NCBI GenBank assembly: GCA_021735165.1 | Contig: JAIPHP010000003.1 | Coordinates: 1,419-65,418, forward strand | Reading direction: 5' to 3' | DNA length: 64,000 bases | Source of the DNA: Candidatus Woesearchaeota archaeon | GTDB taxonomy: Archaea; Nanobdellota; Nanobdellia; Woesearchaeales; 21-14-0-10-32-9 | Part shown: piece after piece, positions 38,958 to 47,271 of the stretch | Layout of the letters: the number at the start of each line of letters is the position of its first letter | Numbering within the stretch: position 1 is the stretch's first letter | Notes under the pieces: model-generated | Seen by the model: only the letters and a program-made list of their open reading frames with translations | The model's database searches: none | Told to the model about the DNA's origin: nothing | Program-made: the position numbers and the translations under genes

Positions 38958-40470
38958 CTTCTAATCGTACCTCCACTTGTTTTTTTACTAGATGATGGGC
39001 TTTGCATTTGCCCACTATCACATCTTCGTGATTCTCATATCTTTCAAGCAAAATAGTTTCTTCATGTAAGTCTTTGATTTGTTTGTCCTTATCGTACTTG
39101 ATTCCCATTTCATTACAATAAGCGATGATCCTCTCCACTTTCTTCGCATATAATAACAAACATCCTGTCTGTCTTGCCCAATCAAATAATTTGATTCCCA
39201 TAGGATTATTCATAATCAAAACGGGCTTTAGAGAATTGAATTGAGGAATCTTTCTCATATCATATGAGAAACCTTGAGACATACAACCAATCATGGAAGT
39301 GATGTATTTTTTTCCAGCCATACCAAGATATTTTCCTTTCTTATCTCGCTTAATAGAAACAGCATAACCCATAATCGGAACATCCATGATATCATCATAG
39401 ACATAAATTAGATAATCTATTGGATCATTATCAAACTTCCAAACATCAACTAAACGTTTTCCTTTCTCGTCAGTATATTTGTGAATACTATCTTTGTTAA
39501 ACCACGAAGGAATCTTCTTAGGAAAATCAGCATTAAGACGAACCTGTAATTTATACCTCTTAATCAGATACATTACAAAATAGAATATTGCCTGTTCTTC
39601 AAACGCAAAACCAAGAGAACTATTATCAAGAATGCTTTTGACTACCTCTTTTTGATGAATCTTAGGAACAAGTTCTGCAATTAAATCTTCTGGTCTTGAA
39701 GGATTGTAATAATAACGTCTTTGCTTATAGGAAAAGACTTTCAACCAACTCACGCTGACCAATCGATAAATTATCCAAGATTTGATGACTTCCTCATCAA
39801 GCTTATACCTATCCTTAAGAATGTCTACTGGAAAGATCTCATTAGAATGTATTATATCAAGATACGCAGTCCTAATTCCCTTAGGCATCAAATTCAATAT
39901 TTTAAGCTTGACAGCATCATCATCCCTGCCATAGACATATCCTGGTTTTCTACCATGAATCATCTCAGTAGCAGGAATAGTGAACTCACTTCTGCTAATC
40001 TTTCCAGCAGTAAACAACTCCCTAATACACTGATAAGTATAATCCCAATTACCATAATCCTCAAGAGATGGATAATCCTTAAGCTGATAGAAGACCTCTG
40101 CTAAAGTAAGCCCTGCCTTATTATTCTGAAAGATCTCAAAGACTTTAGCCTTGATACCAACCAAGAGCTCATCAGTATCAACTGTCTTGTTAAAAGACTC
40201 AATCTTCCTATTGACATCATCCTCACTAATACCATACACAAAAGAACGAGAACACATCCTTTTCTCAGACTGGACTCTAACCTTACTCTTAACAATCAAA
40301 TCCTTAAGCAATAATTGCTTTAAATAACTAGAAACATGATGCTTCTGAAGAGAAGTACCCTTAAACTCATCAGCAATCTCACTGGAAATCACAGCCCTCT
40401 TACGCACTATGAATTTATAGATCTTGTAAGTGTAAGATCCAGTATTGAACATAATATTCTTTTCCGCCAT
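38929..40470 (-). CDS. hypothetical protein with N-terminal wHTH-like region, adjacent to the putative attR
   Basis: 513 aa ORF; first gene inside the right border; no integrase catalytic motifs recognized. Confidence 0.45.
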   Translation of the reverse strand: MAEKNIMFNTGSYTYKIYKFIVRKRAVISSEIADEFKGTSLQKHHVSSYLKQLLLKDLIVKSKVRVQSEKRMCSRSFVYGISEDDVNRKIESFNKTVDTDELLVGIKAKVFEIFQNNKAGLTLAEVFYQLKDYPSLEDYGNWDYTYQCIRELFTAGKISRSEFTIPATEMIHGRKPGYVYGRDDDAVKLKILNLMPKGIRTAYLDIIHSNEIFPVDILKDRYKLDEEVIKSWIIYRLVSVSWLKVFSYKQRRYYYNPSRPEDLIAELVPKIHQKEVVKSILDNSSLGFAFEEQAIFYFVMYLIKRYKLQVRLNADFPKKIPSWFNKDSIHKYTDEKGKRLVDVWKFDNDPIDYLIYVYDDIMDVPIMGYAVSIKRDKKGKYLGMAGKKYITSMIGCMSQGFSYDMRKIPQFNSLKPVLIMNNPMGIKLFDWARQTGCLLLYAKKVERIIAYCNEMGIKYDKDKQIKDLHEETILLERYENHEDVIVGKCKAHHLVKKQVEVRLEDETKKPSAI

Positions 40471-40641
40471 TTATCATACCTTATTACAATAAATGACAGA
40501 ATTAGAGTGCATAAATAGTTAGTTCGCTTAATTAGTATTATTTATCTCCCAATTCGATATATTTTTATACATTAATCATATTAAACGGTTAAGACGTTGA
40601 ATATGACTAGTTGGCAATGAAAGGTCCCGAGCAAAGTGAGT

Positions 40642-40666
40642 GCACCTAGAGTTGACAATGATTAAT
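40642..40666. repeat. 25-bp direct repeat copy 2, putative attR
   Basis: Exact match to 17032-17056. Confidence 0.65.
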
Positions 40667-40787
40667 TGTTAAACTCCTTAATGTCATTCGTGACATTTGA
40701 GTAATTATAAGCTAAGCTTAATTGCTCAGTCTGAGTTTTTTGTTTTATACACAACTTTTTTAAAATAACTTTTTTTCTTATAATTAT

Positions 40788-41720
40788 ATGAATTCTGTAG
40801 AGATAAAAGGACTTGTAAAAGAATACAAAGAAAAGAAAAAAGAAACAATCATAGCGGTAGATAATATTTCATTCAACGTAAAAAAAGGAGAAATATTTGG
40901 ATTTTTAGGTCCGAACGGTGCTGGAAAAACAACTACAATAAACTGCGTAACACAACTATCAAACAAAACAAGTGGAAAAATTTTTGTAAATGGTTTTGAT
41001 ACAGAAAAACAATATTTAGAAGCAAGAAGACAAATAGGACTAAGTCCTCAGGACTTGTTATTTGATCCTTACTTCACAGTCATGGAACTTCTTACTTATC
41101 AAGGTGGATATTTTGGAATGCCAAAAAAACAAGCGCAAAAAAGAGCAGAAAAACTTCTTAAACAATTCAATTTATGGGATAAAAGAAAAGTAAATATGCG
41201 CCAATTGAGCGGCGGTATGAAAAGAAAATTTAGTATAATAAAAGCACTTATGCACGAGCCATCAATACTAATACTTGACGAGCCAACAGCAGCATTAGAC
41301 GTTGATTCAAGATACGAGCTCTGGGAATTTATAAAAAAACTGAACAATGAAGGGATAACAATAATCCTCACAACACATTACATAGAAGAAGCAGAAAAAC
41401 TTGCAGATAGAATATGCATAATAAACAAAGGAAAAATAATAAAATTGGAAGAAAAAGAAAAAATAATAGATGAACTAAGCCAAAACATAATAACAATCTA
41501 CCTAAAAAAAAATGAGGCGCTACCAAAAGAATTTCCTCAATTAAATTACACTTATTATGACAAAAAATTAATAATAACAACGCCCAAAAAAGACCAAAAC
41601 AAGAACTTGAGATTTGCCTTGAAAACATTAGAAGAAAATAAAATAGAAACAGAAAACTTCTCCGTAGATCAAGATAACTTAGAAAATATATTCAGGAGGC
41701 TAATAAAAAATGAAAAATAA
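40788..41720 (+). CDS. ABC transporter ATP-binding protein
   Basis: Walker A GPNGAGKTT, signature LSGGMKRK, Walker B ILILDEPT. Confidence 0.85.
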   Translation: MNSVEIKGLVKEYKEKKKETIIAVDNISFNVKKGEIFGFLGPNGAGKTTTINCVTQLSNKTSGKIFVNGFDTEKQYLEARRQIGLSPQDLLFDPYFTVMELLTYQGGYFGMPKKQAQKRAEKLLKQFNLWDKRKVNMRQLSGGMKRKFSIIKALMHEPSILILDEPTAALDVDSRYELWEFIKKLNNEGITIILTTHYIEEAEKLADRICIINKGKIIKLEEKEKIIDELSQNIITIYLKKNEALPKEFPQLNYTYYDKKLIITTPKKDQNKNLRFALKTLEENKIETENFSVDQDNLENIFRRLIKNEK

Positions 41721-42486
41721 GCTTAGCAACTGGATATCATTTTATACTTTATTCAAAAGAGAATTTTTACGTTTTTTTAAAGTGCCTAACAATACAATAT
41801 TTCCCCAATTAATAACTGTATTGTTCTACTTCATAATATTTGGAATAGCAATAGGAGCAAGGATAAAAGAAGTAGCAGGAGTATCGTACTTCCTGTTTAT
41901 ACTTCCAGGATTATTCGTACAAGTGCTCATAAATGGTTCCTATAGCAATCCTTCAGGTTCATTATTCATGTCAAGAATGTGGGGAAGTATAACAGATGTT
42001 CTCATAGCACCAATATCATATACACAATTCACGTTCGCATACATATTTGCAGCAATGCTTCGAGGATTGACTTTAGGAATAGGCGCAATACTCATAGCGA
42101 TGATATTCATACAAGTAAACATATACAGCATATGGATATTAGGGTTATACATTCTATTAATATCTTTTGTCTTCGCATTAATGGGAATAATAATAGGTCT
42201 TTGGTGCAAAACGCACGAGCAGCTTAACATATTCATAAATTTTATAGTAACCCCGTTAACATTTCTTGGGGGCGTATTCTATACATTAAATATGGTTCCA
42301 AAAACAATAGCAACAATAACACAACTAAATCCGATATTTTACATGATAAACGGAGTAAGATATGGAATGATAGGTGTGCAAGATGGAAATATATATCTTG
42401 GACTGTTATTTTTAACAATTTTAGCAATATCTCTATTCACAATAGTTTACTTATTAATAAAAAGAGGATATAATTTAAGGACGTAA
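41710..42486 (+). CDS. ABC-2 type transporter permease
   Basis: 258 aa, 6 TM; overlaps the ATPase gene by 11 nt. Confidence 0.7.
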   Translation: MKNKLSNWISFYTLFKREFLRFFKVPNNTIFPQLITVLFYFIIFGIAIGARIKEVAGVSYFLFILPGLFVQVLINGSYSNPSGSLFMSRMWGSITDVLIAPISYTQFTFAYIFAAMLRGLTLGIGAILIAMIFIQVNIYSIWILGLYILLISFVFALMGIIIGLWCKTHEQLNIFINFIVTPLTFLGGVFYTLNMVPKTIATITQLNPIFYMINGVRYGMIGVQDGNIYLGLLFLTILAISLFTIVYLLIKRGYNLRT

Positions 42487-42528
42487 GTTCCCAAAGTATA
42501 TAAACAAAGCTTCATTCTACATATTAAT

Positions 42529-43275
42529 ATGGAAAAAATGCCTAAGTTAAAATCTGACGAACCTCCTGCAGAAGCAGAAAGAGTACAAAAATTGCTTGCA
42601 AATGGAGGCTTGTGTTCAAGAAGAAGAGCAGAAGAGCTAATAGAACAAGGAAAAGTAACAGTAAATGGCAAAATAATAAAACTAGGAGATAAAGCAAGAC
42701 CTGGCACAGACGAAATAGTTGTAGAAGGCAAAATGCTTAAAAAAATAAAAAAAATATATTTATTACTTAATAAACCTCCAGGATACGAAACAACGCTATT
42801 TAGTCCTCAAAACAGAAAAAAAGTAACTGACCTAATAAAAATTAAGGAAAGAATAATACCTGTGGGAAGACTGGATTTGAACAGTCGCGGACTATTAATT
42901 CTTACAAATGATGGAAACTTCGCAAATAAAATAATGCACCCGAGATTTGAAAAAGAAAAAACATATGAAGCAACAGTAAAAGGAATAATACCTGAAAGCA
43001 AACTAAAAATGATAGAAAATGGGCTGGACATAGGAATAGCAAAAGCAAGTCCTTGTGAAGTAAAAATTCTAAAAGAAGGGAAAAAATTCATGCGAGTAGC
43101 AGTAACAATTAAAGAAGGAAAGAACAGGCAGATAAGAAGGATGTTTCACAGAATAGGCTACAACGTAGAAGACTTAGTAAGAACCAAAATAGGCAATATA
43201 GGTATAGGAAAATTAAAAGAAGGAAAGTATAGGCATCTAACGACAAAAGAAGTACAAACATTATTAGAAAAATAA
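42529..43275 (+). CDS. pseudouridine synthase, RsuA/RluB family, with S4 domain
   Basis: S4-like N-terminus (RVQKLLANGGLCSRRRAEELIEQGKVTVNG) and catalytic PVGRLDLNSRGLLILTNDG motif. Confidence 0.8.
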   Translation: MEKMPKLKSDEPPAEAERVQKLLANGGLCSRRRAEELIEQGKVTVNGKIIKLGDKARPGTDEIVVEGKMLKKIKKIYLLLNKPPGYETTLFSPQNRKKVTDLIKIKERIIPVGRLDLNSRGLLILTNDGNFANKIMHPRFEKEKTYEATVKGIIPESKLKMIENGLDIGIAKASPCEVKILKEGKKFMRVAVTIKEGKNRQIRRMFHRIGYNVEDLVRTKIGNIGIGKLKEGKYRHLTTKEVQTLLEK

Positions 43276-43423
43276 ATTAGTTGAATTATTCAGCATAAAA
43301 TTCTGCATCTGAACTATCAAAAAATAATATTTCTTCATTGAATCAACAGGATCAAGTTCGTATTTAAAATTACTAAACCCTATTTTTTTATCCTCATAAT
43401 GTTCGTTCATTTTAACCATTTTT

Positions 43424-44038
43424 TTATTGATCTAAATAATCACTGTAAAAGAGTTTTTGAAATGCTTTAGAAAATTCGTTTGACGTGAGAATTTCCTCGA
43501 GTTTGTCATATCTCTCCACATATTTTTCTTTAACCAGTTTTAATAAGTCTTTTGAAGGCTCTTCTAAGCTGCAAAAATAATAGCACATCTTCTCAATTTT
43601 ATTATTTGTTTCTTTAAGAATTGCTGACTCTTTTTCTGCCAGACTTACGTTGTACTGTATTTTTGTCAGCATTGCTTGTATTTTAAATTCCTCTTCGACT
43701 TTGTAATTTATGCTGTTGATTAAATTTCTATCTTCATTTGTCATGTCAAATTTTTCTACCTCTGCAGGGTTTATTGTGTTTACTATTTTATGTATCTTGG
43801 TGTCCACTAATCTTTTCATCGCCATAATCATAGCTGAATACCACCCATTCTCATAATTTTTAAGATAAACTTTCTGCCACGTTTCATCTTCAGGATAATA
43901 TTTATTGTAAATATCCAGGCTTAGCTCTTTACTAAGGATTGGACCATGGGTTTCAAATCTTTTTTCTTCTGCCTGTTTTCTTCCTATGTCTTCTCTGAGG
44001 ATATTTTCAATTCTGTTCTTGTATTCAGTGTGTATCAT
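43424..44038 (-). CDS. hypothetical protein
   Basis: 204 aa ORF. Confidence 0.45.
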   Translation of the reverse strand: MIHTEYKNRIENILREDIGRKQAEEKRFETHGPILSKELSLDIYNKYYPEDETWQKVYLKNYENGWYSAMIMAMKRLVDTKIHKIVNTINPAEVEKFDMTNEDRNLINSINYKVEEEFKIQAMLTKIQYNVSLAEKESAILKETNNKIEKMCYYFCSLEEPSKDLLKLVKEKYVERYDKLEEILTSNEFSKAFQKLFYSDYLDQ

Positions 44039-44093
44039 TTATTATCAATTAGTGGAAACTACATAAATATTTAAATATTAGTTGTCATAATTT

Positions 44094-44846
44094 ATGACTA
44101 CTATGAACTATGAAAAGTTGATTGAACTTGGCTTCAATAAAAATGAGGCAAAGGTATATCTTTCGCTTATGAAATTTACTAGCGCAGATGCGAACACAAT
44201 AATAAAGGACACTAAATTTCACAAAAATATTGTATATGACAATCTAAGCAAACTCTCAGACAAAGGACTTGTAACACATATAATAAAAGAAGGAAGAACA
44301 GTATTTCAGGCAGCAGATCCGAATATGCTTCTTGAACTGTTTGTTGAAGAGCAGAAAAAACTTGATTCAAAAAAGAAAAAAGCACAAAAGGTATATGATG
44401 AACTGAAAAAAATTGTCAGAAAAGAACAGGAAAAACAGACAGCGAAAATATACACAGGGAAAAAAGGAATAAGAACTTTTTACAAAGAGCTTATAGAAAT
44501 AGAGAAAGACTATGTTGTATTCGGAGCCCCGCTGCATTCTGTAGAGATTATGGGAGAAACATTCTGGAAGAACTTTCATTTAAAGTCAAGAGAAAAAGGT
44601 ATGAAGATGAAAATGATAATGAACAAATCCATAAAGCATTATGCGAATATACCCAGAGGAAAAGACAGACAAGTAAGATTCTTCGACCGAAACTTTGAGC
44701 CATTAACAGAGACAAACATACAGGGAGAAAGAACTGCAATAATGGTCTGGACTCAGGAGCCGATCTTATTCCTTATAGAATCAAAAAAAGTTGCAGACTC
44801 CTACAGACTATACTTTAAAAAGATGTGGAAAGAATTAAAGGAATAA
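44094..44846 (+). CDS. TrmB-family transcriptional regulator
   Basis: N-terminal wHTH LIELGFNKNEAKVYLSLMKF...DKGLVTHI typical of TrmB. Confidence 0.6.
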   Translation: MTTMNYEKLIELGFNKNEAKVYLSLMKFTSADANTIIKDTKFHKNIVYDNLSKLSDKGLVTHIIKEGRTVFQAADPNMLLELFVEEQKKLDSKKKKAQKVYDELKKIVRKEQEKQTAKIYTGKKGIRTFYKELIEIEKDYVVFGAPLHSVEIMGETFWKNFHLKSREKGMKMKMIMNKSIKHYANIPRGKDRQVRFFDRNFEPLTETNIQGERTAIMVWTQEPILFLIESKKVADSYRLYFKKMWKELKE

Positions 44847-44896
44847 AAAATTATTCAGATCATCAATTTTTTCAGCTAATTCTTTATCTGTAATCT

Positions 44897-45132
44897 TATT
44901 GCGCGCTAGCGAAAGGGGTTTAATACAAATAAATGCTTTGCATTTATTGTACACAAAAGCTTTGCTTTTGTCGTATCCCGACCTGCTCAAAAATCTTTGA
45001 TTTTTGGCATGCAAATAAAAACTTTGTTTTTATTGCACACAAAATTGTTCGTTCATTTTTGTTGTGCCAGAAACTTTGTTTCTGTGCATTTAGGGCGGAG
45101 ATAGCTTCGGAGCAGCGATTTTCATTATTTTC
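44897..45132. repeat. direct repeat copy 1 (~111-bp core plus shared tail) with internal TTGYACACAAAA-like sub-repeats; promoter/operator region of the RHH gene
   Basis: Core 44897-45007 about 93% identical to 46091-46201; tails cggagcagcgattttcattatt / cggaggagcgattttcattatt. Confidence 0.7.
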
Positions 45133-45184
45133 CGGTAAATATTCAGAAAACTATTTAAACAACCAAGTATTACGATGTATTACA

Positions 45185-45463
45185 ATGGACGTCTTAACTG
45201 TAAAGTTCCAGCCAAATATTATGAAAAAAATAGATAAGGCAATAAAGCAAAACAACTATAACTCAAAAACTGAATTCATAAGAGATGCGGTAAGAAATAA
45301 ACTTGAAGAAATAGAAAGAGAAATAGCTCTGAAAAAATTCATGGAACTTCAGGGCAGAGCAGGAAAAATAACTACAGATGAAGAAAATGAAAAAACAAGA
45401 GAACTTGTTGGAAAACAAATACTTGCTAAATACAAGAAAAAAATCAAAAATTCTCAGGTTTAA
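45185..45463 (+). CDS. ribbon-helix-helix (CopG/VapB-like) antitoxin candidate
   Basis: MDVLTVKFQPNIMKKIDKAIKQNNYNSKTEFIRDAVRNKLEE RHH pattern; the 176-aa ORF in the track (from 44933) carries an N-terminal extension through the repeat and is probably spurious. Confidence 0.5.
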   Translation: MDVLTVKFQPNIMKKIDKAIKQNNYNSKTEFIRDAVRNKLEEIEREIALKKFMELQGRAGKITTDEENEKTRELVGKQILAKYKKKIKNSQV

Positions 45464-45863
45464 GAGAATCACAAACATCTGTAAGATTGTTGAAAAAATG
45501 CCTGTCTCTGGTTATAGCAACAGATTTTTTGTTTCTAGTCTGCACTGCTATTAGACAATCTGCAAAAGGTATATTTCTTTCCTTTGACAAATTATCTGCT
45601 TCTTTAATTTCATAATGTTCTGGTTTTAAAATATCTAACGAAATAAACTTTCCAAGAAGATAAATTAGATCATTAATCTGGCATTCTGAGAAATCTGTTT
45701 TTAGCTCTTTTATGGAAATTTGAGAAATAAACAATTTGTTTTTATTTGAAAAGACATAAAGAAAAAATTTAGCGGCATAGTCTCCTATAGGCTCTTTTTT
45801 TCTCCCGAATCTATTTTCATAAAAATCTCTTAAAATACAAGTATCGATAAAATAGCGTTCCAT
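45444..45863 (-). CDS. vapC: PIN-domain protein (VapC-like toxin)
   Basis: N-terminal YFIDTCIL acidic motif, DCLIAV and ITRD motifs typical of PIN. Confidence 0.7.
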   Translation of the reverse strand: MERYFIDTCILRDFYENRFGRKKEPIGDYAAKFFLYVFSNKNKLFISQISIKELKTDFSECQINDLIYLLGKFISLDILKPEHYEIKEADNLSKERNIPFADCLIAVQTRNKKSVAITRDRHFFNNLTDVCDSLKPENF

Positions 45864-46090
45864 AAAAAAAGAAAAATCAAATCATATTAATTCTTAAGCA
45901 GAACTTTTTCGGAAGTTTTCCGATAAAACTATGATTTAATATTTTTTTAATATTGCATAATACATAACATCAAACAATTCGCCCATTTCTTCTATTTTTG
46001 AATTCGTATTGTTAACCATTTTTTCAATATATTTTTGTCTGCATGCTTTAACATCTCCCCAGGTATCTGAACTAATTGTGTGATTTTTTT

Positions 46091-46255
46091 TATTGCGCGC
46101 TAGCGGAAGGGGTTTAATACAAATAAATGCTTCGCATTTATTGTACACAAAAGCTTTGCTTTTGTCGTATCCCGACCTGTTCAGAAATCTTTGATTTCTG
46201 CGCTCAAGAAACTTTTAGTTTCTTAGCAGACTCGGAGGAGCGATTTTCATTATTC
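46091..46255. repeat. direct repeat copy 2 of the 44897 element
   Basis: See copy 1; lacks the roughly 90-bp internal segment of copy 1. Confidence 0.7.
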
Positions 46256-46316
46256 ATATGATAAAGAAAATGATATTATTACTTTCTTGGATATTTATCA
46301 TAAAGATGATCAATGA

Positions 46317-46895
46317 TTAGAACTTCTTCCTCAAAAATACCTTATTAGTTTTACCATCTTGACTTCTACTTACAATCTCTCGTTCTTCCAAATTCTTAAG
46401 AAGCAACGAAAGCGAGGTTTTACTCATCCCCGTTTTATACCTCAAAGTGCTTTGCTGAATTCCTTCCTGATCATGAACTGCTCTTAGAACACTTTGTTCA
46501 TCTTTTCCAAAACTCGAAATAAATGCTTCAAACTTGCCTTTTTCTTCATTTTCTCGCTTCACAGATTTTAAAGCCTGACTAACCTCGAAGTTTTGCTTTT
46601 CCAGCATTTGCTGAGTCTTATCAAAAAATATCAAGTATACTCCCAAAATCAATAATGTACCTGCAGCTATCCAACCAACAATAAAAGGAGCATAATCCCT
46701 ATCGCCGTGAAGACATGTTCCATCTGCTAAATAACAAGATCCGTTCTGAGTTTCTACAATTGCAGCTATATAATTATCTTCTCTAATCTTAGAAGTTTGC
46801 ACAAGAAATGCAAGAACTAATGCTATGAATATGACTATAAAACCAACATGTTTATTCTTCATTCTAAACCTAAAAACACACTTTATTTTTAACAT
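46317..46895 (-). CDS. membrane-anchored wHTH transcriptional regulator with extracytoplasmic Cys motif (possible metal sensor)
   Basis: N-terminal TM helix, CYLADGTCLHGD motif, second TM, C-terminal MarR/ArsR-like wHTH; adjacent to copA. Confidence 0.5.
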   Translation of the reverse strand: MLKIKCVFRFRMKNKHVGFIVIFIALVLAFLVQTSKIREDNYIAAIVETQNGSCYLADGTCLHGDRDYAPFIVGWIAAGTLLILGVYLIFFDKTQQMLEKQNFEVSQALKSVKRENEEKGKFEAFISSFGKDEQSVLRAVHDQEGIQQSTLRYKTGMSKTSLSLLLKNLEEREIVSRSQDGKTNKVFLRKKF

Positions 46896-46920
46896 TTATG
46901 ATTTAAAACAAGCAAAATCA

Positions 46921-47148
46921 TCATTTACCCCAAGACCACTTAGCTTTCTCCCCAGTTAACATACAAATTGTGACTAATGCAACAACTGTAAGAACAAGAT
47001 ATATTATTCCAGCTAAAGAATCGACTTCAATTAGTTTAGAAAAAACAATTATGAGCAAAACAGCAACAATGGTAACAACCCAGCCTTCCTTAGAAACAGG
47101 ATACCAACCATACCCATACAACTTTCTCTTAAACCAATGCTTTCTCAT
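46921..47148 (-). CDS. small membrane protein
   Basis: 75 aa, two hydrophobic helices. Confidence 0.4.
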   Translation of the reverse strand: MRKHWFKRKLYGYGWYPVSKEGWVVTIVAVLLIIVFSKLIEVDSLAGIIYLVLTVVALVTICMLTGEKAKWSWGK

Positions 47149-47271
47149 AAATTTAATTTTTAGTTCTAGACTATATAAACTCTTCTAATTTACATTTAAT
47201 TCTTAAAAAGCATGGCTAAAAATTCACTTTGCTAATAAAATAAAATAAATTAATTAATTTTCAAAATAAGT

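Larger units (their letters stand above)
17057..40641. mobile_element. putative integrated element or defense island (~23.6 kb) inserted at the 3' end of the PCNA gene
   Basis: Bounded by perfect 25-bp direct repeats; contains an MCM-like helicase, type I R-M, Cas4-like nuclease, RhuM, DinD/Bro-N, Hjc, ligase and RadC; codon/composition differs from flanking genes (less A-rich coding strand). Confidence 0.55.

Noticed and set aside
38929-40470. Calling the 513-aa border protein a tyrosine integrase
   Set aside because: Only a weak LLERYENH resemblance; the HxxR and upstream Arg/Lys catalytic residues were not found by eye, so it is kept as hypothetical.
44933-45463. 176-aa ORF as a single gene
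   Set aside because: Its first ~84 codons read through the direct repeat and promoter-like region and encode a Cys/Phe-rich nonsense-like peptide; the RHH domain starts at the internal Met at 45185.
45936-46148. 70-aa minus-strand ORF as a real gene
   Set aside because: Its N-terminal half is encoded by repeat copy 2; only a short C-terminal peptide is unique, so support is insufficient.
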